NCBI GenBank assembly: GCA_965228895.1
Contig: OZ245842.1
Location: 64,001 to 128,000 of the forward strand
DNA length: 64,000 nucleotides
Reading direction: 5' to 3'
From: Alphaproteobacteria bacterium
GTDB taxonomy: Bacteria > Pseudomonadota > Alphaproteobacteria > SP197
Both the position numbers and the translations under genes were made by a program. Positions 49,541-59,965 of the stretch are shown here, piece by piece (the stretch's first letter is position 1; every line of letters starts with the position of its first letter). The notes beneath the pieces are model-generated. The model saw nothing but the letters and a program-made list of their open reading frames with translations, was not told the origin of the DNA and ran no database searches.

Positions 49541-50482
49541 TCAGGCGTCGTGCAGGCGGGTCTTCAGAAAGTCGCAGATCAACGCGTATTCGCGCGCGGC
49601 GGCAGGACCGGTGAAGCGGGCGCGCATGAATCCGTGGATCATGCGTTTGGCCTCGCGATAGGTCACGTCGCCGCCGGCTTTTGCTATCTCGGCCGCGAAG
49701 TTGCGGCCGTCGTCGCGGATCGGATCGATCTCGGCCGAATGCACCCAGAACGGCGGCAGGCCGGCAAGGCTCTCGGCCATGATCGGCCGCGCGTAGGGAT
49801 CGTCCGTGTTGCGGTCGTCGGGCAGGTAGAGGTCGCGGTACTTGATGGTGCCATCACGGGTCAGGCCCGGTCCGTCGGCGTGTTCGAAATAGGAGGGCTG
49901 GTCCTGGTCGAGCCCGGTTCCCGGATAGATGATCGCGACGCAGGCGACCGTCGGGCCACCCTCGTCGCGTGCCTTCAAGGCAAGCGCGGCGCCAAGATTG
50001 CCGCCCGCGCTGTCGCCCGCAAGGCCGATGCGGCTGGCGTCGATACCGAGTTTTGTTGCGTTGTCAGCCAACCAGGTCAGCACGCCCCAGCAGTCGTTGA
50101 AAGCGGCGGGATAGGGGTTTTCCGGCGTCAGGCGGTAATCGACGCTGACGACCACGGCATTGGCGCCATCGGCGAAACCCCAGGCAACGGAATCCGAGCT
50201 GTCGAGGTCACCCAGCATGAAACCGCCGCCATGCATGTAGATGATCGCCGGTGCCGGATTCGGTGCGTTGGCCGGACGATAGATACGCACGGGCACCTTA
50301 TGGTCGGCTGTCTCGACGATGTCGTCTCGGATCGCCATGTCGGCGGGGGCCGGCCGGTTGGTTGCCTGTGTGTAGGCCGTCCAGAACCGGCGTTGCTCCT
50401 CGGGCCCATCACCCTTTGGCCCTGCGCCATCGCGCGCATCCAGGAGAACCTGCATATCGGGATGAAGTTCTGTTGTGCTCAT
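49541..50482 (-). CDS. Alpha/beta hydrolase, HSL/Aes-family esterase
   Basis: HGGGF, GDSAGG, DPIRD, IHGF; AGGAGG RBS. Confidence 0.92.
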   Translation of the reverse strand: MSTTELHPDMQVLLDARDGAGPKGDGPEEQRRFWTAYTQATNRPAPADMAIRDDIVETADHKVPVRIYRPANAPNPAPAIIYMHGGGFMLGDLDSSDSVAWGFADGANAVVVSVDYRLTPENPYPAAFNDCWGVLTWLADNATKLGIDASRIGLAGDSAGGNLGAALALKARDEGGPTVACVAIIYPGTGLDQDQPSYFEHADGPGLTRDGTIKYRDLYLPDDRNTDDPYARPIMAESLAGLPPFWVHSAEIDPIRDDGRNFAAEIAKAGGDVTYREAKRMIHGFMRARFTGPAAAREYALICDFLKTRLHDA

Positions 50483-50558
50483 GTTCGTCCTCCTGCTTGA
50501 CCGCGCGCCCGGGTAGACCCAGGCTTTCCTGCGAACAACATCATAGGAGGAAGAGGTC

Positions 50559-51767
50559 ATGGGCGAACAGGTCTGGCGGTTGCCTTATGCGCGCTCGCAC
50601 ACGATTGCCGCCAAGGCCGGCCCGCTGGTCTTCGTCGGCGGCGCCGGCGATTTCGACGGTGACGGGAGGGTGCGCCATCCCGGAGACCTCGACGCGCAGA
50701 TCGAAGGCGCCATGGCCAATGTCGCGGAAGCGCTGGCGCTGGAAGGCGCCGGGCTGGAAGACATCGTGCGGCTCAAGGCCTTCTACACGGCTGATGAGAG
50801 CGAAGACGGCGTGGGCGTCATCGGCCGTCTTGTCGATCCGATCGAAGCGAACCTGCTGCCGGCGGTAACGGCCAATCCGGTGCCGCTGCAGCCCTTCACC
50901 GGTCAGGCCGTGCAGATCCAGGCGATCGCGGAACCCGGCTGGCGCGACAGCGACCACCGTTCTGTCAGCCAACCGGTACCGGACGCCCATCGTGATCTTT
51001 TCCGTGGCCGCGACCTCACCAGCGGTCTGCGGGCGGGCGAGTTTATCGCGGTGCCCGGCCGGACCGGCGAGAGTGCGGGTGGCGACGGCATCGCTCAGAC
51101 CCACCAGGTCATGCAGGGCCTGACCGACACGTTGGGCGAGCTTGGCGCCTCCGCGCAGGATGCGATCAAGAAGGAAGGTTATTACTTCGGCACGACCCAG
51201 GATGAGTGGGCCGCCATGGCGGCGGTGCGCGCGACCTACTTCAAGGAACCCGCACCGCCGGCGACGGTCGTGCCGTGTCACCGGCTGTGGCCCCAAGACG
51301 CGCTGACCAAGGTCGAGGTTCTGGCGTTCCGCGAGGAATGGAACGGCTTCGACAAATACATCCCGCGCGGCGATAGCTGGCCCAAGCGGGTCTGGGACTG
51401 GCCGATCCCCGTCCCCTACCGCCAGGGCAGCAGCCTGCGCGGCACCATCTGGACCGGCGGCCAGGTGCCGTTCGAGCCGGGCCGGAACCGTGGCATCAAC
51501 ATCTATCCGGGCGAGCTTTTGCCGCAGACCCGCTTCACCATGAGCTATATCGACGACATCCTGCGCGGCTTCGACGCGGTGTCGTCGGATCTGGCGCTGC
51601 TGGTCTGCTATTTCACGTCATCGGGCAGCCAGGAGGAGACCGAGCGTTTCCTCGATACCGTTGCCGATTGCGTCGCTGGCCCGCTGCCACCGATCACCTG
51701 CGTGCCCCAGCCGCATATGCATAACCCCGAGATGACCGTCGAGATCTGGGGCGTCGCGCGGGGCTGA
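50559..51767 (+). CDS. Triple-domain Rid (YjgF/UK114) family protein
   Basis: Three Rid-like repeats ending VQIQAIA, VEVLAF and VEIWGVA. Confidence 0.75.
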   Translation: MGEQVWRLPYARSHTIAAKAGPLVFVGGAGDFDGDGRVRHPGDLDAQIEGAMANVAEALALEGAGLEDIVRLKAFYTADESEDGVGVIGRLVDPIEANLLPAVTANPVPLQPFTGQAVQIQAIAEPGWRDSDHRSVSQPVPDAHRDLFRGRDLTSGLRAGEFIAVPGRTGESAGGDGIAQTHQVMQGLTDTLGELGASAQDAIKKEGYYFGTTQDEWAAMAAVRATYFKEPAPPATVVPCHRLWPQDALTKVEVLAFREEWNGFDKYIPRGDSWPKRVWDWPIPVPYRQGSSLRGTIWTGGQVPFEPGRNRGINIYPGELLPQTRFTMSYIDDILRGFDAVSSDLALLVCYFTSSGSQEETERFLDTVADCVAGPLPPITCVPQPHMHNPEMTVEIWGVARG

Positions 51768-51848
51768 TCCGCTCGTTTCTGCGGGGTCACGGGGTCTGTT
51801 ATGCTCTGATCGTCGGACGGCTTCGTTGTCAGATTTTGGTCAGGGTGC

Positions 51849-52553
51849 ATGAAGCAGGTGAAGTGGCGGGCAATCTGGCTGGTCTGCTGGGCGTTGATCC
51901 TGATCGCGGACTTCTTGTTCGGGCTCAGAACGCATCTGTCGTCGCTGATCACCGGCGCCGAACTCGATGAGCCCGACGTGTTTCATTATCGGCTGCAGAC
52001 CGGCCTGCTGGTCGTCTTCGTGGTCGTGGCGCTGGTTCCCGTGGTCTGGCCGCTTCTCCAGCGCTTGTTCGTCGCGACGCCACCGAAAACACCGGTTGAG
52101 ATCGAGCGCGACGAACGGGATTTCAGTCTGGCCGAGGCACTCGGTTACCTCGTCCATCAATCGGCCTGGGGCGCCGGTCGTGACGCCACCGAAGAAGAAG
52201 GGCTTCAGGAAGCCGCCGGGATTGTCGAGGAAGCCGCGCGCAAGGGCCGGATCAGACTACGCGGCGCGCCGCCGGGCGGTGCGTCACGCGAGACCATCAC
52301 CGCCGATTACTGGCTATCTGCCGGCATCGACCTGCCCGCGACGCTCGACGGCTCCGGCAGTGGTGGTCAGACGACCGCACGCGACAAGCAGCAGGGTCGG
52401 CACATCCCGGTCTATCAGGCGCTCGTCGTCGATCGTGACGCCCTTATGAAGCTGTGGCCGCCGGACAATGCCTGGCGGCGTACCAGCAGGGCAACAGCAC
52501 GCGGTCTCGCCCAAAGCGTCAAGCTCGCCAATCGCAAATCGCGCGAGGACTGA
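51849..52553 (+). CDS. Hypothetical membrane protein
   Basis: Two N-terminal hydrophobic segments followed by a soluble domain. Confidence 0.65.
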   Translation: MKQVKWRAIWLVCWALILIADFLFGLRTHLSSLITGAELDEPDVFHYRLQTGLLVVFVVVALVPVVWPLLQRLFVATPPKTPVEIERDERDFSLAEALGYLVHQSAWGAGRDATEEEGLQEAAGIVEEAARKGRIRLRGAPPGGASRETITADYWLSAGIDLPATLDGSGSGGQTTARDKQQGRHIPVYQALVVDRDALMKLWPPDNAWRRTSRATARGLAQSVKLANRKSRED

Positions 52554-52576
52554 CCGCGGTCGCGGCGCAAACCATC

Positions 52577-54016
52577 CTAATCCATGCCACGGTTTGCCGC
52601 TGGTGGGCGTTTGTCGGCCCACGCTCGGGCGCGTTCCAGGATGGCGCCGAGCCTGAGGACCTCATGGTCCGACCACCAGGGGCCAATGATCTGAAAGCCG
52701 GTCGGCAGGCCGGCTTCGGTGAAGCCGGAAGGCACGCTCAAGGCGGGGTTGCCAGTCAGGTTGAAGGGGTACTGATAGGCAGTCCAGCTTTGGCGTGTAA
52801 TGCCGCAGGGTTCCCCGTTGATGATGACATCGCTGGTTGCGTCGAAGGTCGCTTCGAGCGGCGGGCAGGCGGTGGTCGGCGACATCAGGATGTCGTAGGT
52901 CGAAAACAGGGCCTGGACGCGATGATAGAGGTCGCCGCGCGCGACTTCGGCATCGGCCCGGTCGGCGAGCGTGAAGGCGCCGCCCCATTCGCCGAACGTC
53001 AGAAGCGACGGCGTGAGCTGATCGCGCTGCTCTTGTGTCATCGCCTCGATCATGACGTGGAAGGCGGTTTGATAAAGCACGCGGCCCGGCGGTTCCGCCC
53101 AATCGAAACCGTCGGATATCGGCTCAACGCGAGCGCCCAAATTCTCAAACACGCTGAGCGCGGCTTGTGTGTTGGCCGCGACCTCCGGGTCGATCTCCGG
53201 GTTCGCCATCTTTTCCGCAAAGCCGATGGTCAGGCCCGTGAGGTCGTTGCCGACAAGTGCCGGACAGGGTGCGGCTTGGCCTTGCGCCAGGCTCCAGGGA
53301 TCGCACGCGTCGGGGCCGGCCATGACGTCCAGCATCAAGGCGGCATCGCCGACCGTGCGGGTCATCGGGCCGGTGTACGACTGATTGCCGAAGGGATCGC
53401 CACGCGCCTCGTGCGGGATGCGCCCGCGTGTCGGTTTCAGGCCGACGATACCGGCACTGGCCGCCGGACCACGGATCGAGCCGGCGCCGTCCGTGCCGAC
53501 CGCGAGTGGCGCCAAACCCGCCGCGACGGCCGCCGACGCCCCGCCCGACGAGCCGCCCGGCGTGCGGTCGAGGTCCCAGGGATTGCGGGTGATCCCGGTC
53601 AGCGGGCAGTCGGTCAGGCCCTTGTGGCCGAACTCCGGCGTCGTCGTCTTGCCGACGACGATGGCGCCGGCGGCCTTGAGCCTGGCCACGGCCGGTGCGT
53701 CGTGATCGGCGACCGCCTCGGCGAACAGCCGGGAGCCCTGTTTGTTGTAATGTCCGCCGACGGCCACCAAGTCCTTGACGCTGACCGGAACGCCGTGAAG
53801 CGGTCCGAGATCTTTGCCCTTGGCAACCGCATCCTCGGCGACCTGGGCGGCTTCGAGCGCCTCGTCGGGGGCGAGGCTGACAAAGGCGTTGATGGTGTCC
53901 TGGCTCGCTTCAATTGCCGCCAGGACGGTGCGAACATAGTCGACGGGCGAGAGGTTGCGGCGCCGGATCAGCGCCGCCGCCTCGACCGCCGAGAGATAGA
54001 GGAGATCATCGCTCAT
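52577..54016 (-). CDS. Amidase signature family protein
   Basis: GPLHGVPVSVKD, GKTTTPEFG, PGGSSGG, GTDGAGSIR. Confidence 0.93.
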   Translation of the reverse strand: MSDDLLYLSAVEAAALIRRRNLSPVDYVRTVLAAIEASQDTINAFVSLAPDEALEAAQVAEDAVAKGKDLGPLHGVPVSVKDLVAVGGHYNKQGSRLFAEAVADHDAPAVARLKAAGAIVVGKTTTPEFGHKGLTDCPLTGITRNPWDLDRTPGGSSGGASAAVAAGLAPLAVGTDGAGSIRGPAASAGIVGLKPTRGRIPHEARGDPFGNQSYTGPMTRTVGDAALMLDVMAGPDACDPWSLAQGQAAPCPALVGNDLTGLTIGFAEKMANPEIDPEVAANTQAALSVFENLGARVEPISDGFDWAEPPGRVLYQTAFHVMIEAMTQEQRDQLTPSLLTFGEWGGAFTLADRADAEVARGDLYHRVQALFSTYDILMSPTTACPPLEATFDATSDVIINGEPCGITRQSWTAYQYPFNLTGNPALSVPSGFTEAGLPTGFQIIGPWWSDHEVLRLGAILERARAWADKRPPAANRGMD

Positions 54017-54094
54017 GGCGCCATTGCGCGCCCAGGACCCTGACGCGGTCAAGGGGTTTCAGGCTAGATTACATGTTCCGGGGAGGCGCGCGAC

Positions 54095-55228
54095 GTGACG
54101 ATCAGCGCAGGCGGTTACCAGTTCGACTTCAACAAGGCGGTGCCGATGGACCCGCGCCCGGTCAACGCCCGGCTTCGCGGCAACATCGCGGCCGGCATCC
54201 TGCTGCTGCTGATCGCCATCGTGTGGACCGGCTTCAACCTCTTGATCGGTCAGAGCCTGCTTGAAGAACCTATGCCGATGCCGCTGGTCATGATACCAAT
54301 CCTGCTCGTCGGCCTCGTCTTTTTCGCCTTCGCGCTGCGCATGATCCTCTACAGGCGTGTCGTGACGATCGACCGCGATGTCGTCACCATCGATCAGCGC
54401 AATTGGTTCCGCACAAAACGCCGGCGCGCGGCGCTCGACAGCTATCCCGGCGTGTTGCGCAAGAAGCTGCATTACAGCCGCAACAAGCAGACGCGCGAAG
54501 CGTTCCTCTCGCTGCTCGCCCATGGCGATCGGTCCATGACCGTGGTGCTGGCCGCTTCGCCGGACGAAGCCAAGGGCCGGGAGCAGGCGGAGGCCTACGC
54601 CCGCTGGCTCGACAAGCCGGCGCTGGAGGAAACCGCCGAAGGTTACCTGGCGCGCGACCCCGATGATCTCGACAAACCGCTCGCCCAATTGGTCGCCGAA
54701 GGCAAGATCGTCTCCAGCTATCGATCCGGCAGTACGCCACCGGCCGAAGTGAAGGTCGAGCAGGGCGACGACCTGATTGTCGTCAGCCTGCTCAAAGGAT
54801 CGGTCGCCATGTGGGTCTGGTCGCTGGTCGCCGGCGTCTTTGCCGCGTCGGCCTTTCTCATCATCGGTTTCGTCACCGATCTCGAAGCCCGCATCGCCGG
54901 CGGCGCCGTCGCTTTTCTGGTTCTGGTCGGCGTGCTCTACGCGGCGATCCGGCAGATGCGCACGACCCGCCAGATCCTGCTGCGCCGCGCCAACCTGAGC
55001 CTAGCCAACACCACGAAATCGGGGCCGCAGATCACGGCGACTATGGCGCTGGACGACATCGAGACGATCCGTGTCGCCAAGACCCGATATTCAAGCTGGG
55101 CGCTGCATATCGATACGGACAAGGGTTCGCACGTGACCGGCGAGGGCATGCCGCGCCGCGCGCTCACCTGGGTACAGGACCTGATCATCGCCGCTGTCGC
55201 GACGGCAGGCGGCCAGCGCCCGACATGA
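54095..55228 (+). CDS. Hypothetical membrane protein with two (2TM + beta-rich) modules
   Basis: GGGAGG RBS with GTG start; duplicated hydrophobic hairpins. Confidence 0.7.
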   Translation: MTISAGGYQFDFNKAVPMDPRPVNARLRGNIAAGILLLLIAIVWTGFNLLIGQSLLEEPMPMPLVMIPILLVGLVFFAFALRMILYRRVVTIDRDVVTIDQRNWFRTKRRRAALDSYPGVLRKKLHYSRNKQTREAFLSLLAHGDRSMTVVLAASPDEAKGREQAEAYARWLDKPALEETAEGYLARDPDDLDKPLAQLVAEGKIVSSYRSGSTPPAEVKVEQGDDLIVVSLLKGSVAMWVWSLVAGVFAASAFLIIGFVTDLEARIAGGAVAFLVLVGVLYAAIRQMRTTRQILLRRANLSLANTTKSGPQITATMALDDIETIRVAKTRYSSWALHIDTDKGSHVTGEGMPRRALTWVQDLIIAAVATAGGQRPT

Positions 55229-56016
55229 ACCCGTCGCCCGCATTGCGAAGGGCGCTCGCCTATCCGTTCGATCCGCCGGATCATTCCTTTGTTTTTGTCG
55301 CCGGTCAGGGCTATCGCCTGGTTGAGAGCGGGCCCGATCTCTTCTCGGATGCCCGTGTCGAGCGTGATGGCACCCATGTGCATCTTGGCCACACCCTTGC
55401 CGAGCTTGGCGCCGGCGAAACCGATGGCATGGAGCGGCGCACGCCGGTGGTGGGGTATGGCTCCAACGCTTCGGCTGCGCGGCTGGCCGAGAAGTTCGGC
55501 CATGGTCCCGACCACGTCATCCCGGTATTGCGCTGCCGCCTATACGACCACGATGTCGTCTATGCGACGCACTTCGCCAGCTACGGCTCGCTGCCGGCCG
55601 CCGTCTATGCCAGCCTGGATACGGTGGCCGAGGTATCGGTCAGCTTCCTGACCGACCATCAGCTCGACGTCATGCATGCCTCAGAGGGCGAGAACTATCG
55701 CTTCGGCATCCTGGACACGGTGATCGATGTCGAAGGTCTGGGCACCCTCAAGAACCCATCGACCTACATCACCGTCCATGGCGTCTTCGGCCTGGAAGGG
55801 GCGCCCGTCGCGTTGAGCGCCATCAGCGCCCGCAACCGGCGCTTTGCGGCGCGCGATCAGCAGACGGTGTTGGAGGCGGCATGTCGCGCGCTGGGCGGCG
55901 GCGATATCGATGCCTTCGTCTCGGCCATGGTCGCCGACAGAGCCCACCGTCTCGCCCAATGCCGGGCGCTCAGGCGCCATGCCATTTCTCACGAGGATCA
56001 ACCGGCGGCGAGCTGA
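55225..56016 (+). CDS. Hypothetical protein, gamma-glutamylcyclotransferase-like
   Basis: ATGA overlap with the upstream gene; VVGYGSN motif and MHASEG..Y. Confidence 0.6.
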   Translation: MNPSPALRRALAYPFDPPDHSFVFVAGQGYRLVESGPDLFSDARVERDGTHVHLGHTLAELGAGETDGMERRTPVVGYGSNASAARLAEKFGHGPDHVIPVLRCRLYDHDVVYATHFASYGSLPAAVYASLDTVAEVSVSFLTDHQLDVMHASEGENYRFGILDTVIDVEGLGTLKNPSTYITVHGVFGLEGAPVALSAISARNRRFAARDQQTVLEAACRALGGGDIDAFVSAMVADRAHRLAQCRALRRHAISHEDQPAAS

Positions 56017-56927
56017 CCGACGACAATGGCGACAAACACGATGATGCCGAGCTGGCCGTTCGAAAAGAAGCGTTTCTGGCACGAAGCCGGCTCGTCCAGG
56101 TCGACCGAACGCACCTGCCAGATCAGATGTGCGGCCACCGCGATCAAGACCAGGTAGAACGGCCAAGCTATGCCGGCGGTTAGACCGGCCGCGATCAGGC
56201 CGACCAGGAAGATCCCATAGAACCCGGTGACCCAAGGTTTCGTCTGGTCGCCGAACCGCAGTGCCGTCGACTTGACGCCGACGGCCAGATCATCGGTCTT
56301 GTCCTGGTGCGCATAGATGGTGTCGTAGCCGATCGTCCAGGCGACGCAGCCGGCATAGAGCAGCAGCGCCGGCAGGCCGAGATCACCCTTGACGGCCACC
56401 CAGCCGACCAGCGCCCCCCAATTGAATGTGAGACCAAGGAACAGCTGGGGCCAGTAGGTGATGCGCTTCATGAGGGGGTAAAGCGCCACCAGGCCGAGCG
56501 AGGCGGCGCCGACGATGATGGCGGTGCGGTTGAGCTGCAGCAGAACCGCCAGACCGGCCAGCAGCAACAGGACGAGAAACACCAGGGCCGCCGGCACCGA
56601 GATGACACCGCTCGCCAGTGGGCGGGTCCGGGTCCGCTCGACCAAGGCGTCGACGTCGCGGTCCATGATGTCGTTGATGACACAGCCGGCGACGCGCATG
56701 ACGAAGGCGCCGATCAGAAACAAAATCAGCAGCCGCAGGTCCGGCCAGCCACCGTCAGCGGCCAACGCGGTCGACCACCAGCACGGCCACATCAAGAGCC
56801 AGACGCCGATCGGCCGGTCGACCCGCGACAGCTTCAACCAGGGTTTCAAGCCGTCCGGCGCCCGGCGGTCGACCCATGTCGCGCCCGGCGGGCTCGCAAT
56901 TGATCCTGGACTGTCGTTCGATGACAT
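55998..56927 (-). CDS. ubiA: 4-hydroxybenzoate polyprenyltransferase
   Basis: [35 protein letters not shown]. Confidence 0.96.
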   Translation of the reverse strand: MSSNDSPGSIASPPGATWVDRRAPDGLKPWLKLSRVDRPIGVWLLMWPCWWSTALAADGGWPDLRLLILFLIGAFVMRVAGCVINDIMDRDVDALVERTRTRPLASGVISVPAALVFLVLLLLAGLAVLLQLNRTAIIVGAASLGLVALYPLMKRITYWPQLFLGLTFNWGALVGWVAVKGDLGLPALLLYAGCVAWTIGYDTIYAHQDKTDDLAVGVKSTALRFGDQTKPWVTGFYGIFLVGLIAAGLTAGIAWPFYLVLIAVAAHLIWQVRSVDLDEPASCQKRFFSNGQLGIIVFVAIVVGQLAAG

Positions 56928-56969
56928 GGTTTACGCCGGTCCCAACAATCCGGTGCCAGGGAAGTCACC

Positions 56970-57734
56970 ATGCTGCGGATCGACGGCCGGCCCGTCCCAC
57001 GCCTTTTTGTCGAAGCCGGCCTGGCAGGAGGCCACGCGGTGCCGTTGGCCGAGGCGCAGCACCACTACCTCGCACGGGTCATGCGCCTGAAGCAAGGTGA
57101 TGCGATCACGCTGTTCAATGGCCGCGACGGCGAATGGCTGGGGCTGCTGGATAAGGATGGGGTCGCGGTCCAGCGCTGCCTGCGCGATCAGGGCCGCGAA
57201 CCGGATATCTGGCTGGTCTTCGCGCCGATGAAGAAGGAACGCCAGCGCTTCCTGGTCGAAAAAGCGACGGAGCTCGGCGTTTCCGCTCTGGTTCCCGCCG
57301 TGACCGAACACACCAGCGCACCGGCGCTTAGGCAGGACAAACTGCGCGACTGGGCGATTGAGGCAGCCGAACAATGCGGCAGGCTAAGCGTGCCGGACTG
57401 TGCGCCGCCGCAAGCCATGGCTGCAATTCTCGAGGCATGGGACGAGGCGCGTTGCCTCGTCCTGTGCGACGAGACCGGCGGTGGAAAGCCCGCCATGGAG
57501 GTATTTGCCCGTGGCGCCCAGGCGCCCGCGGCCCTTCTGATCGGCCCGGAAGGCGGCTTTTCCGACCGGGAACGCGACCTGATCGCCCAGGTGCCGGTCT
57601 CCGTATCGGTCGGTCTGGGGCCCAGAATCCTGCGTGCGGAGACCGCGGCGACCGTTGCTCTTGCTTGTTGGCAAGCGGCCCAAGGTGACGCTAGGTTAAA
57701 TCCCGCTGTCGCCCAGGACATGAAACTCCCCTGA
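56970..57734 (+). CDS. rsmE: 16S rRNA m3U1498 methyltransferase RsmE
   Basis: [38 protein letters not shown]. Confidence 0.96.
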   Translation: MLRIDGRPVPRLFVEAGLAGGHAVPLAEAQHHYLARVMRLKQGDAITLFNGRDGEWLGLLDKDGVAVQRCLRDQGREPDIWLVFAPMKKERQRFLVEKATELGVSALVPAVTEHTSAPALRQDKLRDWAIEAAEQCGRLSVPDCAPPQAMAAILEAWDEARCLVLCDETGGGKPAMEVFARGAQAPAALLIGPEGGFSDRERDLIAQVPVSVSVGLGPRILRAETAATVALACWQAAQGDARLNPAVAQDMKLP

Positions 57735-57745
57735 GGCCCTATCCT

Positions 57746-59107
57746 TTGTCTATTCCCTCCGCGCTGAACACCACACCGCTCACCGAAAAGAGCCAGCTCA
57801 TCGAGCGGCTGGAGAGCGGCTGTAAACCGCCCGAGACTTGGCGCATCGGCACCGAACACGAAAAGTTCGCCTATGAGGTCGGCACCAACCGTGCGCTGCC
57901 CTATGACGGCGAGAACGGCATCCATGCAATTCTGACCGAGCTGCAACGGTTCGATTGGCAGCCGATCATGGAAGGCGAAACTCTGATCGGCCTGACCAAG
58001 GATGGCCAGAACGTCTCGCTGGAACCGGGCGGCCAAGTGGAGTTGTCGGGCGCACCGCTGTTCGATTTGCACGAGACCTGCCGCGAGGTGAACGCCCACC
58101 TCGACCAGTGCAAGGAAGTCGCCGAGGAACTGGGCGTCTCCTTCCTGGGCCTGGGTTTCCGCCCGGTCGACCGGCGCGAAGACGTGCCATGGATGCCCAA
58201 GGGCCGCTACAAGATCATGCGCGCCTATATGCCGACGGTCGGCGCGCTCGGCCTCGACATGATGCTGCGCACCTGCACGATCCAGGCGAACCTGGACTTT
58301 GGCTCCGAAGCCGACATGGTGAAAAAGTTCCGTGTCGCCCAAGCGTTGCAGCCGGTCGCGACCGCGTTGTTTGCCAACTCGCCGTTTACCGAAGGCAAAC
58401 CCAACGGCTTCTTGAGCTATCGCGCGCAGGTCTGGACCGACACGGACAACGAGCGAAGCGGCATTCTGCCGTTTGTCTTGGACGAAGGGTTCGGCTTCGA
58501 ACGTTATGTCGATTATGCGCTCGACGTGCCGATGTATTTCGTCATGCGCGACGGCCAATACATCGACGCGTCCGGCCAGTCGTTCCGTGATTTCCTGAAC
58601 GGCAAGCTGCCCGCGCTGCCCGGCGAGATTCCGACGGTCAGCGATTGGGAAGATCATTTGACCACCTTGTTCCCGGATGTCCGCATCAAGCGCTACATGG
58701 AGGTGCGCGGCGCCGACGGTGCCAGCTGGCGGCGGATCTGCGCGCTGCCGGCGCTGTGGGTCGGCATCTTCTATTCGGCGACCGAACTCGACGCCGCCTG
58801 GGACATGGTCAAGGACTGGACCTGGGAAGAACAGCTTGCCATGAAAGCCGACGTGCCGGCTTGGGGTCTCAGAGCCTCGTTCCGTGATGGCACGGTGCAA
58901 GACGTCGCCAAGCGCGTGCTCGACATCGCGGCAGAGGGCCTCAAGCGGCGCGCCATCTTCGACGGCAGCCTGGACGAGGTCCATTTTCTCGACTCGCTGA
59001 TGGAGATTGTCGAGTCCGGAAAGACACCCGCCGACATCCTGCTCGAACAGTATCACGGGCCGTGGCGCGGCAGCGTCGATCCCGTGTTCACCGAATACGC
59101 TTTTTGA
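57746..59107 (+). CDS. gshA: Glutamate--cysteine ligase (plant/alphaproteobacterial type)
   Basis: [41 protein letters not shown]. Confidence 0.95.
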   Translation: MSIPSALNTTPLTEKSQLIERLESGCKPPETWRIGTEHEKFAYEVGTNRALPYDGENGIHAILTELQRFDWQPIMEGETLIGLTKDGQNVSLEPGGQVELSGAPLFDLHETCREVNAHLDQCKEVAEELGVSFLGLGFRPVDRREDVPWMPKGRYKIMRAYMPTVGALGLDMMLRTCTIQANLDFGSEADMVKKFRVAQALQPVATALFANSPFTEGKPNGFLSYRAQVWTDTDNERSGILPFVLDEGFGFERYVDYALDVPMYFVMRDGQYIDASGQSFRDFLNGKLPALPGEIPTVSDWEDHLTTLFPDVRIKRYMEVRGADGASWRRICALPALWVGIFYSATELDAAWDMVKDWTWEEQLAMKADVPAWGLRASFRDGTVQDVAKRVLDIAAEGLKRRAIFDGSLDEVHFLDSLMEIVESGKTPADILLEQYHGPWRGSVDPVFTEYAF

Positions 59108-59141
59108 AGTTTCGACAAACCGTGTCTTGGAGGACGCCAGC

Positions 59142-59531
59142 ATGCTGAAACGATTCACACCTGACGGCATCGCAGCGCCGTTCTCGAACTACAGTCACGG
59201 CGTCGTCGTGCCGTCGGGCATGCGCTTGCTCTATCTCGCTGGTCAGGTCGGTATCACACCCGACGGCACGGTGCCCGACGATCCGGCTGAGCAGAGCGAC
59301 CTCGCGTTTTCCAACATGCTGGCAATCATGGCGGCCGAAGGCATGGGGCCCGGCGATCTTGTCGAGGTCACGGCCTATGTCGTCGGCGCCGAACACATGG
59401 CGGCGGTACGCGCGGCGCGTGAGAAGGCGTTGGGCGATGTCGCGCCAGCCTCGACCATGATCTTCGTTGCCGCGCTTGCGGCACCATCCATGATGATCGA
59501 GATCAAGGGCGTCGCGGCGAAAGCCGATTGA
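59142..59531 (+). CDS. RidA family protein (Arg-less)
   Basis: YSHGV, YLAGQVG, PASTM, IEIKGVA. Confidence 0.88.
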   Translation: MLKRFTPDGIAAPFSNYSHGVVVPSGMRLLYLAGQVGITPDGTVPDDPAEQSDLAFSNMLAIMAAEGMGPGDLVEVTAYVVGAEHMAAVRAAREKALGDVAPASTMIFVAALAAPSMMIEIKGVAAKAD

Positions 59532-59556
59532 CCCAGCAAAAGGGGAAGGAGAAGCC

Positions 59557-59955
59557 ATGACGATCAAGCGCTACAATCCCGACACGGTCTATAAGCCGGT
59601 CGCGGCTTATCATCAGAACACCGAAGTTGAAGCCGGCGCGCGCTGGCTGGTCGCCGCCGGTCAGGTCGGCATCGAGCCTGACGGCACCTTCATCAAGGAC
59701 CCCGAAGGCCAGATCAAACAGACATGGCGGAATGTGCGCGCGGTGATCGAGGCGGCCGGCATGACGCCCGACGACATCGTCAAGCTGACGATCTTCATGA
59801 CGCCGAACGTCGCCGACAAACTGGCCTATAGCCGTGAATGCCGCGCCGAGGCGCTTGGCGACGGCAAACCATCGGCGACGCTGGTCTATGTCGCCGGCCT
59901 TGCGGATCCCGACATGGTGATCGAGGTCGACGTCATGGCCGCCACCAAAGCCTGA
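59557..59955 (+). CDS. RidA family protein (Arg-less)
   Basis: AGQVG, DIVKLTIF, PSATLVYV, IEVDVMA. Confidence 0.88.
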   Translation: MTIKRYNPDTVYKPVAAYHQNTEVEAGARWLVAAGQVGIEPDGTFIKDPEGQIKQTWRNVRAVIEAAGMTPDDIVKLTIFMTPNVADKLAYSRECRAEALGDGKPSATLVYVAGLADPDMVIEVDVMAATKA

Positions 59956-59965
59956 GCGGCAACCG

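Noticed and set aside
57188-59170. Long antisense ORFs (also 32723-34462, 37388-38743, 52454-54043, 61236-62756, 8684-10003)
   Set aside because: Shadow frames opposite well-identified high-GC genes; no recognisable motifs
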